In this document: in pieces, positions 1-14,899 of the stretch
Position numbering within the stretch: the stretch's first letter is position 1
Layout: the number at the start of each line of letters is the position of its first letter
Assembly (NCBI GenBank): GCA_964016885.1
Contig: OZ024745.1
Location: 105,462,001 to 105,526,000 of the forward strand
DNA: 64,000 bases
Reading direction: 5' to 3'
Origin: Eledone cirrhosa
Taxonomy: Eukaryota
Translations under genes and position numbers: made by a program
Notes under the pieces: model-generated
What the model was told of the DNA's origin: nothing
The model's database searches: none
Seen by the model: only the letters and a program-made list of their open reading frames with translations

Positions 1-138
1 ACATCTCACTGTGTAACACAATTCTCTTTGTGTAATATATTTGCATTTGAGCTCAGAAGAAAATTCTCTATTCTTCTTTGAGCTAATATTATTATTATTA
101 TTACTGTGAACTGCGGAATACTCTTAATTCCGATCTTT

Positions 139-459
<321 letters not shown>

Positions 460-610
460 GTGGTAGAACACTGGAAGGTAATATCCGTAGTGGTAAAGCA
501 CTCCATGGGACGAGTTAGGTAGAAGTAGTAACACAACAGTTAGTTCACCATACCGAGAACAATTGTTTCACCTTAGCGGATCATCAGCTCGTAATGGGCA
601 TGGTTATACG
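460..610 (-). mobile_element. Penelope-like pLTR stub between (TA)n tracts
   Basis: Contains a hammerhead (548-597) and an ACTC..GAGTGC hairpin (498-515, minus strand). Confidence 0.7.
548..597 (-). ncRNA. Type I minimal hammerhead ribozyme motif
   Basis: Minus strand: ccattacgag CTGATGA tccgctaaggt GAAA CAATTG TT ctcggtatgg; stem I cgag/ctcg, palindromic stem III. Confidence 0.8.
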
Positions 611-658
611 TATATATATATAATATATATATATTAATATATATATATATATATATAC

Positions 659-756
<98 letters not shown>

Positions 757-884
757 TATATATATATATACATATATATATACATATATATATACATATA
801 TATACATATATATATACATATATATACTTATATATATATACATATGTATATAGATATATATATATATAGATAGATAAATATACA
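611..884. repeat. (AT)n microsatellite
   Basis: Direct inspection. Confidence 0.97.
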
Positions 885-914
885 CGGGTGTGTATGATTG
901 TGTATAGAAGATTA

Positions 915-1252
915 TATTAATAAGAGGAATTCCTACTTTGTCTGATTTACTCGTTTTATTTACAATCCTTTAAAATTTATAATGGTATTATAATGAAATA
1001 GTATGATAGAATATTAAATGTTAAGTGTTAATTGAACAAGTACTTTCATGCTTTCACAATCTTCAGGTTCATAATGTGTGGTGACAGTAAAGTTTGCAAT
1101 TTTCAACTGTTGAAAGCATGAAAGTACTTGTTCAATTAACACTTAACATTTAATATTCTATCATACTATTTCATTATAATACCATTATAAATTTTAAAGG
1201 ATTGTAAATAAAACGAGTAAATCAGACAAAGTTGGAATTCCTCTTATTAATA
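915..1252. mobile_element. Foldback (about 140-bp arms) Penelope-like pLTR insertion
   Basis: 915-1057 is the reverse complement of about 1112-1252; hammerhead in the left arm; (TA)n flanks. Confidence 0.75.
1033..1071 (-). ncRNA. Type I minimal hammerhead ribozyme motif
   Basis: Minus strand: tgaac CTGAAGA ttgtgaaagcat GAAA GTAC TT gttca; stem I tgaac/gttca; stem II weak. Confidence 0.7.
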
Positions 1253-1705
<453 letters not shown>

Positions 1706-1740
1706 ATATATATATATATATTCCTATATATATATATAAT

Positions 1741-1945
1741 ATAGAGGTGGCTACTACAGGACTAGAACTGTTTCATTCGGGACAAATCTTCAGGGAGAAA
1801 TCATGGGCTTTCTTGACAATTTCTCCCGATTAAACAATTCTAGTCCTGTAGAAGCCATTTCTATATCAAATATTTATACTCTGCTATATATTGAGTACCA
1901 TACTTACTGTAGTTACCCCCGATTGAACCCAGGATAAACGTATAC
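1741..1945 (+). mobile_element. Inverted-arm pLTR-like element with degenerate hammerhead core
   Basis: 1741-1780 is the reverse complement of about 1825-1864; CTGAAGA..GAAA on the minus strand but no stem I; ACTC..GAGTAC at 1878-1898; related 3' end at 40957-41030. Confidence 0.6.
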
Positions 1946-2004
1946 ATATATGGGCTGAACCAGTAGTAAGCAATAACTATTCGTGGACTTCTTTGAAATG
2001 GTCA

Positions 2005-2096
<92 letters not shown>

Positions 2097-2157
2097 TATA
2101 TAGACATATACATGCATACATAGATATAGATATATATACTACATATATATGCATATA

Positions 2158-2642
2158 TGGTGGCTGCCAACCCGTTTTCGAGTACGGCCACTACTTTATA
2201 TCCATGTAGGAGAACCCCTACCGATGCGCTGAATGAGTGTGAATTTTTAGTCCAGCCAGCGACTTGAAAATTCTGGTACAAACACTACACTTGTGACAAT
2301 TATTGACACATAGTGCTGGGCCCATGGTACCATGTGACGACAAGTGCAGAGAGATCACCAGATATAAAGCAATGCCTGTGTCGTGAAGCTTTTATAGTGA
2401 GCAAAGGCACTGCACAAAGCCAGTCCCGCTCTCTTAACCAAGATGATATTTACCAAAAAGAAGAACAAGTCAACATCATTGGATACCATCAGGGTTGCAG
2501 GTGTTGTATCAGAGTTTTCCTTCTCCTAGAATTCTGCCTTGACAAAGGCTAAGGGGTCATCTCTCCCGGTGATTTTGGATGGCCATTGGCCCTTTGACAG
2601 GTTTTGTTTTTAGTCCTGCAGGATGTCCAAAGTCACCCTCCT
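2158..2642 (-). mobile_element. Non-autonomous bipartite RTE-derived element
   Basis: Near-identical to 19103-19970 and 22553-23190; 3' part encodes an RTE-type zinc-finger end (KSLAGLK.H). Confidence 0.75.
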
Positions 2643-2697
2643 ATAGACATATACATACATACATATACATATGCATATATAGACATATACATATATA

Positions 2698-2777
<80 letters not shown>

Positions 2778-3630
2778 ATAAAAGTAGCGAAATAGATTGA
2801 GTTATGTAATCCGCTCTAGCGAGTTGATATATTATTCCAATGTAAGTACATCTATCATATAATGGTATTCATGCAACACTTTACTTAATTGTTTAAAATG
2901 CGTAAATACTTCGTAACACTATGTTCCTTGCTCTGTTCTTTGCGTAATTGTAATTATATACTTAGTAGTAATAATCATATATATATATATGACTTAAATC
3001 AATTCGTCAATATGTTCGAACCTAACGAACTCATTATTTCTCACACCCGTTCAAGTCTATATTATATAGCAACATCTTATTTACTATTGACTATTTAACA
3101 TTTTACCACAAACTAATAACATTTTTAAGAACATACCTACACATAACACATACACAGAGGCAATAACATATATACACACTCTTACACATACACAGAAGCA
3201 ATCACATATATACACACTCTTACACACACACACACACACACACACATACACAGATACATACATACACACACGCACACACCTACGCACGCAGAAATAGACG
3301 TAAATACATACATAAATGTAAGTGATCGATTGGTAAGGAGAAATATAAGAGATTGTTTATATGTCTAAATATGGATATTTATTGAACCTTGTATTCAATA
3401 CTATATAGATTGGTACTAATTTTATTGATCTCATTTCCTCAAACCGCTAAGGTACGGGACATAAACATAGACACGAACCCGCATGAATGTATGTATATAT
3501 ATATATATATATACATACCTACATACATACATATATATAAATATATATAACTTTGATCGGACCGAGGAAACAATGTTTCCATTGGTTTTTCCAATTGCTA
3601 ATACTATCTATCGGTCGCAACTCCAGGTAG

Positions 3631-3997
<367 letters not shown>

Positions 3998-4530
3998 AAT
4001 TTGAAGACTAAAATCTAAAAAAGAGGGCTCGATAAGGATAAATATATATCAAATATATAAGAACCGTAGAGCAAATATTTATTAAAATAACAGATTAAAG
4101 TTTAAGCAAAGAATCGCTGCTTTCACCCTTAACGGGATCTTCTGAAACTAACAAAGTCAATCTGTAAACGCAGAACTGGATATTTCAAAAAACGTTGCAA
4201 CCGGAGGAAGACAGGAGGACGATACTTTGGTTCATGGTGACGTTCGCTGGCAAAGAACGGGAAAAAACGAATAACACGTCATTAATAGGAGCGGTGAAAA
4301 ACAATTACGCGCAAAGACAGAACCACGTTTATGGTATAAAAGAGGTCGTAGACTAATGTTCTCTTAGGTGGTGCATAGAGACGTTCTCTGGCAATGAACG
4401 AAAAAAAACGAAGATAATACGTCATATGTAGAGTGTGGAGAACAATAGCACGCAAAGACAAAACCACGTAAATGGTATAGCAGAAGTCGTAGACTAAATT
4501 CTGCTTAAACTTTAATCTGTTATTTTAATA

Positions 4531-5763
4531 ATTTGTAGAAAACTTATAATGAAACAATTGTTTGGAAAGAGAGATATATTTTAACTTTAATTATATCTCA
4601 TAAAATAATACAACTGGCTTTCCACAAAATACATATACTTAGCACCCCAAACACATAAATTGGGTTATACTAACATATAACCTAATGTTTGTTGAGTGAG
4701 ATGGTTGCCAGTCGGAGTTTAGCGTTAAGCTATCTCTGTTATTGTATTAAATATGTTACTCTTGATTTGGTCAGAGGTATTTATTTCCAGGTATCTTATA
4801 AGTATGACTTTCCGTATTTGTTACTGTTGTGAGATATGGAGGTTTTTTGGTTGTCACTTTTCTGTTTTTAGCCTAAGAAAATATATATATGCGTGTGTAA
4901 ATAATTGCATGCATACACTTATTTTTTTTAATTAATTGAGTTCTTAACACGTGGAATTGATAATAGTTTTAAATAACTAATTAACCCGCGTGTATTAAAT
5001 ATTTTACTCTTAATTTGGCCAGAGATTTACATTCCCAATCGCCTTTAAAGTGTAACCTTCCGTATTTGCTGCGGTGATGTGATGTGGTTTATTATTTTGG
5101 TATCACCTCTGTTTTTAGCCTAAGAAAATATCTATATGCGTGTGTAATTAATACACGCATACATTTATTTTTTTAATTTTAATTGAGTTCTTAACACGTT
5201 GGATTGATAATGTTTTTGAAAAAACTAATTAACCGGAGTGTATATTATTTTTTTCTTTTCTCGTGTATCGTGGTTGTCTCCCCTTCCCGCTTCGTGACGC
5301 TATGAAACTTCCTCAGTCAAAAAACTGCTGGAATTTCAAATTTGGCGGTCATTCGATGCGTGAGGGAGCAGCTTAGCAGACACGATTTTTAACTGCGGTA
5401 AGAATGTTTTCTTATATCAAAGTTTAATGGGCTTCCACTGAAGATATATAAGTGCCCACCTAAATATATTCTTACATGAATATATGTTAGGCTTCTACAT
5501 AAACTGGAAACATTCTCCCAATTTGTAGAAAACTTATAATGAAACAATTGTTTGGAAAGAGAGATATATTTTAACTTTAATTATATCTCATAAAATAATA
5601 CAACTGGCTTTCCACAAAATACATATAGTTAGCACCCCAAACACATAAATTGGGTTATACTAACATATAACCTAATGTTTGTTGAGTGAGATGGTTGCCA
5701 GTCGGAGTTTAGCGTTACGCTATCTCTGTGAATGTATATATAGTGTATTTTGCAGAGCACCAA

Positions 5764-5770
<7 letters not shown>
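4531..5770 (+). mobile_element. Non-coding retrozyme/PLE-like element with about 210-bp direct terminal repeats
   Basis: 4531-4739 is nearly identical to 5521-5729; hammerhead at 5433-5557; short 3' extension followed by (TA)n; no ORF. Confidence 0.75.
5433..5557 (+). ncRNA. Type I hammerhead with long branched stem II
   Basis: ttcca CTGAAGA [tataagt..acttata enclosing two hairpins] GAAA CAATTG TT tggaa. Confidence 0.75.
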
Positions 5771-5847
<77 letters not shown>

Positions 5848-5851
<4 letters not shown>

Positions 5852-6216
5852 TATTCAAAATATTAATAAATGAAGATGTTCACATAATCAAAATATATGT
5901 TTTATTATATATATTTCGGAGGTACTGTGCTATTTTTTCAGTACGTCCTCATCAGATAAAATACATGAATTGATGTATGGCAGACCTCAACTGTCTTGAT
6001 GGTTCAATTTCAGTCTTGGCATGAGGACTTACTGAAAAAGCAGCACAGTACCTCCGAAATATATATAATGAAACATATATTTTGATTATGTGAACGTCTT
6101 CATTTATTAATATTTTGAATAATATTAATAACTCCAGAAACTTCTTTGTAGAGTGCTTTTAATCTATTGTAAAACTATATTCATTGACTAATCAATGAAC
6201 CATATTAATCTTTGGT

Positions 6217-6222
<6 letters not shown>
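5848..6222 (+). mobile_element. Inverted-arm Penelope-like pLTR element in (TA)n
   Basis: 5848-5952 is the reverse complement of about 6021-6125; 3' extension with ACTC..GAGTGC at 6131-6156. Confidence 0.8.
5900..5961 (-). ncRNA. Type I hammerhead ribozyme motif
   Basis: Minus strand: ttttat CTGATGA ggacgtactg..cagtacctcc GAAA TATATA TA ataaaa. Confidence 0.85.
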
Positions 6223-6265
<43 letters not shown>

Positions 6266-6266
<1 letters not shown>

Positions 6267-6463
6267 ACAAAGGAACTGTGGTAAGGAACCAGATGGACCA
6301 TAACGCACCAGAGTACTCAATACTTAGGGTAGTAGAGTGGGAAATAGGAAAATGTATAACCCCGACAGCAGAGCTCATACCGTTTCGACGGCTATTTCTG
6401 GACTAGTCCAAAAATAGCCGTCGAAACGGCTTGAGCTCTGCCGTCGGGGTAATACTTTTCCCT
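6266..6463 (-). mobile_element. Family B pLTR-like foldback in (TA)n
   Basis: Palindrome centred on ggactagtcc (about 6400-6409); 3' half of a hammerhead; hairpin at 6313-6338. Confidence 0.75.
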
Positions 6464-6804
6464 ATATATATATGAAGAAAAATGGCGTGCTGCGTTGTTG
6501 TGGATGTGATACACATATGAATTAAAAAATAGAGTAAGAAGACAGGACTATCCGTCTATATATATGTATATGTATATATTCATTAGTTAAGCAATGAATA
6601 TTTCCAGCTCTGCGAACCTAACTTCTGCATGAACCCAGCCACCTAGCTGCTTTCTACTGCATTTTGCACATTGAGCACATGCCTTTACGCTTTGGCTTCT
6701 AACTAATTCACCAATCTCTCCTCTCATATCTCCTCTCCTATCTCCATCTCTCTCTTTAAGATTGGTTACTCTTGAACTGTGTATATGTATCGACAGTCGA
6801 TCGA

Positions 6805-6998
6805 CTTCCGTCAAATCGGACCGAGCAAACAATGTTTCCGTTGGTCTTTCAAATTGCTAATACTATGTATCGGTCGCAACTCCAGGTAGAAGGATCAATG
6901 GGAAATAAAGTGTCTTGCTCAAGGACATAACGCAACACCCGGTTCGGGAATCTAACTCACAACCTCACGATTGTGAATTCAATCCTCTAACCCTCCAC
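6805..6998 (-). mobile_element. tRNA-derived CORE-type SINE
   Basis: tRNA-like head and TCCTTGAGCAAGACACTT core on the minus strand; copies at 10645-10867 and 47092-47307, and a 3' stub at 3555-3633. Confidence 0.75.
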
Positions 6999-7003
6999 GT
7001 ATA

Positions 7004-7052
<49 letters not shown>

Positions 7053-7115
7053 CCGGTACTGGCATTGATAAATATGGTGGGTCCGTCAACCCTTATTATA
7101 TATATATATATACAA

Positions 7116-7222
7116 GGGCGGTGGATTGGCAGTATCGGTAGTGGGTCGGACGCCATGCTTTCCAGCATAGAGTTACATCCCTTTACGGTAAGTTCAAATC
7201 CCGCCGAGGTTAACTTTGCCTT
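7116..7222 (+). mobile_element. MetaSINE-like SINE, 5' part
   Basis: GGGCGGTGGATTGGCAGTATCGG head with B-box-like GTTCAAATCC. Confidence 0.75.
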
Positions 7223-7722
7223 GTGTGTGTGTGTGTCTGTGTGTGTCTGTGTGTGTCTGTGTGTGTCTGTGTGTGTCTGTGTGCCTCTCTCTGTGTGTGT
7301 GTGTCTGTGTCGGTGTGTGTCTCTCTCTCTCTCTCTCTCTGTATGTGTGTGTGTGTCTGTGTGTCTGTGTCTCTGTGTGTGTGTGTGTCTGTGTCTGTGA
7401 GTGTCTGTGTGTGTGTGTCTGTGTGTTTGTGTGTGTCTGTGTGTGTGTGTGTCTGTGTCTGTGTTTGTGTGTGTATGTGTGTATGTGTGTGTGTATGTCT
7501 GTGTGTGTGTCTGTGTGTGTGTCTGTGTCTGTGTGTGTGTGTCTCTCTCTCTGTGCGTGTCTGTGTCTGTGTGTGTCACTGTGTGTGTCTGTGTCTGTAT
7601 TTGCGTGTGTGTGTGTATGTGTGTATGTGTGTGTGTGTGTCTGTGTGTGTTTCTCTCTCTCTCTTTCTGTGTGCGTGTCTGTTTCTGTGTCTGTGTGTGT
7701 CTCTGTGTGTGTGTGTGTGTCT

Positions 7723-7771
<49 letters not shown>

Positions 7772-8372
7772 TGTGTCTGTGTGTGTCTCTGTGTGTGTCT
7801 CTGTGTGTGTGTGTGCGTGTTTGTGTCTGTGTTAGTGTGTGTCTCTCTTTCTCTCTCTGTGTCTGTGTCTGTGTTTGTGTGTGTATGTGTCTGTGTGTGT
7901 GTGTCTGTGTGTGTGTGTCTGTGTGTGTGTGTGTGTCTCTGTGTGTGTGTGTGTCTGTGTGTGTCTGTGTGTGTCTGTGTGTGTGTGTCTGTGTGTGTCT
8001 CTGTGTGTGTCTGTGTGTGTGTGTGTCTGTGTGTGTGTGTCTGTGTGTGTGTGTGTGTCTCTGTGTGTGTGTGTGTCTGTGTGTGTCTGTGTGTGTCTGT
8101 GTGTGTGTGTCTGTGTGTGTCTCTGTGTGTGTCTGTGTGTGTGTGTGTATGTGTGTGTCTGTGTGTGTGTGTCTGTGTGTGTGTCTGTGTGTGTGTGTGT
8201 CTCTGTGTGTGTGTGTCTGTGTGTGTATGTGTGTGTCTGTGTGTGTGTGTCTGTGTGTGTCTCTGTGTGTGTGTGTGTCTCTGTGTGTGTGTGTCTGTGT
8301 GTGTCTGTGTGTGTGTGTCTGTGTGTGTGTCTGTGTGTGTGTCTGTGTCTGTGTGTGTCTGTGTCTTTGTGT
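7223..8372. repeat. (GT)n/(GTCT) compound microsatellite, about 1.15 kb
   Basis: Direct inspection; source of the CV-repeat ORFs. Confidence 0.97.
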
Positions 8373-9227
8373 TTTTTCATGTATCTGTCAATGTCTGTGT
8401 TATAGTTTGTTTCTGCTTCGATCTAGCAGTTGGACAAATAGAAATCGATTAAATATGTACCAGACTTGGAAAATAAGTTTTGCAGTTATTATGAACGACT
8501 AAAATTATTTGAAAGAATCGTCTGAGCATGAACACTGCTATATATGTATTGAGTTCTTAATCTGTTGTTTGTAACCTCAAGCGTTTATCAAGTCACACAC
8601 AGACGCTCTTATATACACATATATTCATGTCTTACTCTTCTTTTGTTTTATTGTTTTCAGTCATTGCTGGTGCCTCGTCTTATAATGGATTTTAATCGAT
8701 CAGATTGACCCCGATAGTAATATCTCAAACCTGAAACTTATTTTATCGATCTTTATTTGTCTACGCACTAGGTTACAAGTCATAAAACCACTGTTGATGT
8801 AAACACAGACACTAAGAAGTAATGGTTCTCTGTCTGATTCGACAACAAGTGTTCTAATGAATGGAAAAGTATGCTTATGAAATTAATTTTTAAGTGGCTG
8901 AGTATTCCGCAAACTCGTATATTCTTAACGTGAGAGAGATTCAACGTGGCACAGTGTGTAACAATGTCTGTCCTATGATTTACATTTACAGTCGATCCGA
9001 CTGGCTTCGAAAACCTTTTCCGTTTAACCTGTTTCACTCAGAAGGCATGGATCAACTCAAGACTATGATAGACTATGATGTCAGGCAGGGATCTATTGAT
9101 TGAGGAATGAGCTCCTTACCCAGATGGGCATGCTGCAGCTTCTACACATACACACAGTCATACACAAATGATACCTCCAAATGTACACGCAGACACGCAC
9201 ACATATATATATATTTATATTCATTTA

Positions 9228-9870
9228 ATTGTTTCTACTTTAGGCACAAGGCCAGCAATTATTCCAGTGTATTACTGGTACTTTATTTTATCAACCCCTT
9301 AAGGATGAAAGGCAAAGTTAACCTCGGCGGGTTTTGAACTCAGTCCGTAAAGGGACGTAACTGTGCTGCAAAGCATGGCGTCCGACTCTCTACTCATACT
9401 GCCAATCCACCGCCCTATATATTTATATTCATTTAATATTAATAAAATTGGCGGTGGATTGGCAATATCGGTAGAGCGTCGGACAACATGCTTTGCAGCA
9501 AAGAGTTATGGCCCTTTATGATCTGAGTTCAAATCCCACCGAGGTTAACTTTGCCTCTCATCCTTACTTTATTACGATAAAATAAAATACCAGTCACGCA
9601 CTGGGGGGTTGTTTTATCGACTTTCCCTTCCCCCAAATTGCTGGCCTTGTGCCTATAATAGAAACCATTTAATATTAAAATTACCAGGATTGACAGTATC
9701 GGTAGAGGGTCGAACACCATGCTTTGCAGCAAAGTGTTACAGCCCTTTATGGTCTGAGTTCAAATCCCGCCGAGATTAACTTTGCCTTTCATCCTTATGG
9801 GGTCGATAAAATAAAGTACCAGTAATACACTGGAATAATTGCTGGCCTCGTGCAAAAGTAGAAGCAATTA
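9228..9870. mobile_element. Cluster of three MetaSINE-like SINEs (-, +, +)
   Basis: Each has the head plus a GCCTTTCATCCTT..GGGGTCGATAAA-type central domain and a GGCCTTGTGCC..GAAAC tail. Confidence 0.85.
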
Positions 9871-10644
9871 AAATTACCACTGCTACTACTATATTGTAGT
9901 AGTGATAAGAACATAGAGTACAGGAAGCTATAGGTAATATCACGAAGCAGTCTATCGGACACCCTATTGACTCTGTAAATTCATCTTTTTGTTTTAATAA
10001 GTATTTTAAAATATTTATTCTTAGATCTTCTAATATACTTTCTTTTCATAAATATTTATTATAAAATTAATTGCGTTGGAAAACGAATGTACCTGATGCA
10101 TATTAGACTGTGCCTTTTAGTTCTACATCCTGCGTGACAAAATTGTTCCCTATGTAGACGGAATCACAGTAATAGTTGACTTCTGATGAGGAGTCAAAAA
10201 TATCTGGAATGGGAAAAGGCACTCGCCTGTGTTGTTCTGTGTATTGAGAGAAAATTAAAATTGTCTCTTATTCATTATTTTTCATTGTGAGGCTTATGTT
10301 TCAAAAACTGTAATTATATCTACATTAAATTTATCTTAGATATCCTGATATACGATGACTTGTGCATAGGCATTTATTATTGTCGATAAAATAAAGTACC
10401 AGTAATACACTGGTTAATTGCTGGCCTTGTGCCTAACGTAGAAACAATTATTATTATTATATATAATTATGGGTGGATTCCCGTTGGGTGTCAGGAGGTG
10501 ATCACAATTAAAAATGGTTGCTCAGTACGTTAGTAAAGTATAAGCATCTTTATTTTATATAGAAATGATTTATACAAGACTAAAACTGTTTCATTCGTAT
10601 GAAGTCACCATATTTATATCTGTATATATATATATATAGAAGAC

Positions 10645-10860
10645 GATCGACTTTCGTCAAATCGGACCGAGGGAACAATGTTTCCGTTGGTCTTTCCCAT
10701 TGCTAATACTATCTATCCGTCGCAACTCCAGGTAGAAGGAGCATCGTGAAATAAAGTGAAGGCGTGTGGTTGAGTGGTTAGAGAATTGGATTCGCAATCG
10801 TAAGGTTGTGAGTTCGATTCCTGGACCAGGCGATGCGTTATGTCCTTGAGCAAGACACTT

Positions 10861-10867
<7 letters not shown>
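10645..10867. mobile_element. CORE-type SINE with inverted 5' half
   Basis: 3' part on the minus strand (10645-10758), head on the plus strand (10759-10867). Confidence 0.75.
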
Positions 10868-10957
<90 letters not shown>

Positions 10958-11485
10958 GAATGCTACTATATATGCTATCATCTACGTGCTAATCTACTCA
11001 ATGGGAATAATCAACGTAAAATGATTGATTGAATGATATAAACCGTATATGAATATGGATAGGGTAATCGCTTATATATAAGCTAGTAGCGAAATCTAAA
11101 TTCAAATCTCACCATGCATAAATGCAATATATTTTCAATCTCGTAGACGTATACACGCGTATCTATGAATTTACATAAGACTTCACTTGTTAATACTTAC
11201 AAGATAATTTATGTGTTATGAAATGTAGTCACGTAAGTGTCGTCTTTCTTTGTCATCAAGTTATAATAAATCGAATGAACCAAGATGCCTTCAATGTGGT
11301 ATGTAATTAATCATCCTTGTCACGCCCATCAGCTGTTCAATTTTCAAAATAAAATGAAATAAATAAATAACAGCATATTAATATTTCATCGTGGTTTGTG
11401 CCAATATCTTCTCATGGAATGATTATATGTATATCTGGAAATTCTTTGCAAGAAAGTGGAAAAAAGCAATAATTTGTGTTGCTGC

Positions 11486-11522
<37 letters not shown>

Positions 11523-11764
11523 AGGAGAGAGAGAGAGAGAGAGAGAGGAAGCAAAAAGTAAAAGTTGAAATTCAGTCATTCATAGTCACGCTAACAAATA
11601 AATAGCATCTGATAATGCCCGCTTCTCCATCCCTTGTCCAATGATTCTCTGGTGGAAGGTAGAACTCTAACTCGGTACAAAGGAAGAACATTGTTCTTGC
11701 AAAGAAGAAACAAATGTCTTTCAAGAAGCACCAATATTTAATTCGTCGATATACACCAGCAATA

Positions 11765-11915
11765 GGAGGAGTATTGGCAGTGTCGTTGGAACGTCAGATA
11801 GAATACTTTGTGGTATTCGTTTCCGCTCTCTGCTCTCTGAGTTCGAATCCCGCCGGGGTCAACTTTGCCTTTCATCAATTCGAGGTCGATAAAAAAAGTA
11901 TCAGTCTAGTACTAG
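11765..11915 (+). mobile_element. Diverged MetaSINE-like SINE
   Basis: GTTCGAATCCCGCCGGGGTCAACTTTGCCTTTCATC. Confidence 0.65.
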
Positions 11916-12681
11916 GTTCGAATCTTCTTCTCCATCTCTTTCTCACTTCCGTTCTCTCACTCTCTATCCTTCTCTGAAAGAAATCTGCTATATTCAGACC
12001 TGGAGTGGAGATGAGCTTCGTCAGGTCTATAAATGCCCTAGAAATACAAGGCCCCTGAAACTCCCTAAGGAATTACGGGACCATGCATGTATACATGCAT
12101 ACATTGGCAAACAATGAACAAATACATCCACACATCCACACACGCGCAATGATTAATAGATAATTAGATAGGAAGAACGAGCGAGACTAAGAGGGTAAGA
12201 AAGAAGGGAAAGAGAGAAATTGATGAAAGGAAAAAAATACACATCATAAATTAATGTAAGTGACATCATAAGCGAAAGTCTTCAATACACACATATGCCT
12301 GCACCCATACTTAAAAATAATTTTTTTTCTAGATTGCATTGCAAGACTATAAACGTTAACAAAACTCTAGAGTGGGTAGCTACATCAACGTAAATAGCAT
12401 AATGGTAATAGAAAATATTTTATCTGTTATTGAATGATGCAGTCTTGTACCACTCTATGTTACGCCAATTCTGCTTGAAAGTTACAGTAAGAGTTTATCT
12501 GTCTAGAATACTCAGCCAGTTACACACTCATTTAATGAACAGTTAGTTCAGTCGATCATACAGAACAATACTCATTGGTGAAACCGATAGAAATCCATTT
12601 CTGGCAGCAAATATTATTGAGTACGCTTATAGTGCATCTTGCATATTCGTTGGACCAGTAATAATATATCAGATGACATTG

Positions 12682-13126
<445 letters not shown>

Positions 13127-13904
13127 ATAAGAGTGACCCAGGAATCAAATAGTTTTACGAAAGAAAATTTCATAAATTAGATAAACGAGTTCTATATCAA
13201 GCAGATACACCAGTGAATTGATGACATGAATAAAAACGCTTTTGTATTTTTCAGTTTCACATATGAAAACTAATTCTTTGACACTGTTAGCTAAAAGTAT
13301 GCAGCACGTTATAAATCTGTTCCTTGTATTTGGAAATTCAAAATGTCGTTTATTATCTGTTCAAATCATCGAATTCGAAAGAAGCACATTGTGATTGTAA
13401 TCTCTTGGTAGTTAAGCTAGGAAGCATTGTTTCTGATAGATTGAATTTTGTTTTACAGTTCGGTAATCAAAAATCGAAAAAATATTCTCAGTCCTATCAA
13501 CATTTTCGTCTTGTAAAAGTCAATCCACAATGAATTGGAAGAGATATCAGAAGTGTTATGGTAATTAATAATTATAATGAAATAAAGCGACCAAAAATAA
13601 AACAAACAAACAAAGAAACGATGTAAAATTTTGGAACAATCTCAGTTCAGGCATAGAGCTAAAGGTTGATAACAATAGAAATATTTTTCTCTCTTTTTAA
13701 CTTGTTTTTAGGCTAAGGTGTTAATTTGATTGAAATTAATTGATTGTTCACAGAAAGTATTTCAAATTATGGGATTCTAACTTTAATATAGAATTCATTG
13801 TTTGGGGCTATTTTAACTAAAGATTTTCTTACATCCGCGCTTCCCGTTCATCGCCATGGGGAGGTAACTGGCATGGGAAGTAACTGGCCTAAAATGCGAC
13901 CATA

Positions 13905-14271
13905 AACATTTTAAAATACCAAATGAAATATATTTATGACGTTTAGTACATTGTTCGTAAGCACAAATAATTATTAAAGAGACCCATGGTGAAAAATGTT
14001 TATATTCTTTCAGCTCCCCCCTTGATGTACTATGTTCTTTATTCTTTCACTGGTTTCAACCATAGGACAACAGTTATACTAGGACACGCCTCTAATATAT
14101 TGATACCAGTATTAAGTATGATACTGATTTGACCCACCAAACCTGTTAGGGAATAGAGGAAAAACAACTTTAAGTAGGTATCACTATGATGTTTTGAAAA
14201 TATTTAAATCTAACTTCAACTGTACATTTTCCTGGAGAGTATCCAATTGAAATATTATGGTACCCTATTTG
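13905..14271 (+). repeat. About 365-bp interspersed block, inverted copy at 33334-33700
   Basis: Few substitutions between the copies by eye. Confidence 0.85.
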
Positions 14272-14899
14272 TGAAATTTGGATGAATAGTTTGAGAAATA
14301 TGACAATTTGAATGGTCAGTGAATTGGTCGAAATTTTGCCTAAATAGGCTTAAATGAATAATTAGGCATATTTATGATGTCATGTCTTTGAAACTGACGC
14401 GATAACCATCTTTAAATTACACAAATAACAGTTGCCTATATTTGGCAGGTTCTTGCGATTGAACTCATGGGCCTGCTAAGGAAATTTCTAAACCACACGT
14501 ATATTGTCTGTGCATTTATATTTATAGCCTCTGTCTAATTTTTCGATGTGTATTTTTCCGACACATTTATAGCACATCTATAGCTTTATGGATCAAAGAA
14601 ATTGTGATAACTTTTGTAATTTAACGGATTTAGAGACACGTTGAGAACTTTTATAGTTTTCTGTATCCTTCATCTTAGAGAATTTATGGCACTATTCTGG
14701 ATGGAGATGCATTAATATTCAAATTCGCCGTTGTTGGAAACTGACTTTACTATTTGGATCCTACAGCTTGGCAATTTAGTTAGGATCTACTTTTATTGTT
14801 GGTTTTTATTTTCGGTGGAAATTATCTTTGTTATTTGAACATAAAACTGACAGTAACTCTGTTTATATTCTACATGCAGTTCTGTTGGGGATTATCTTC

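Noticed and set aside
880-905. ACAC..GTGTAT as another covariant of the 3' hairpin
   Set aside because: Right position but low-complexity context, so chance cannot be excluded.
4108-4150. Hammerhead-like CAGAAGA..GAAA on the minus strand (also 42705-42748)
   Set aside because: Core altered in both copies and stem I does not pair; probably a related pLTR but not supportable as a ribozyme.
5283-5349. E2F/CHR-like promoter motifs (TTCCCGC, TTCAAA, TTTGGCGG; also 57343-57372)
   Set aside because: Short motifs with no gene or transcript evidence.
10178-10230. CTGATGA as a hammerhead core
   Set aside because: No stem II leading to GAAA and no stem I.
10760-10832. tRNA gene
   Set aside because: SINE head continuous with the core domain; repeated elsewhere in the window.
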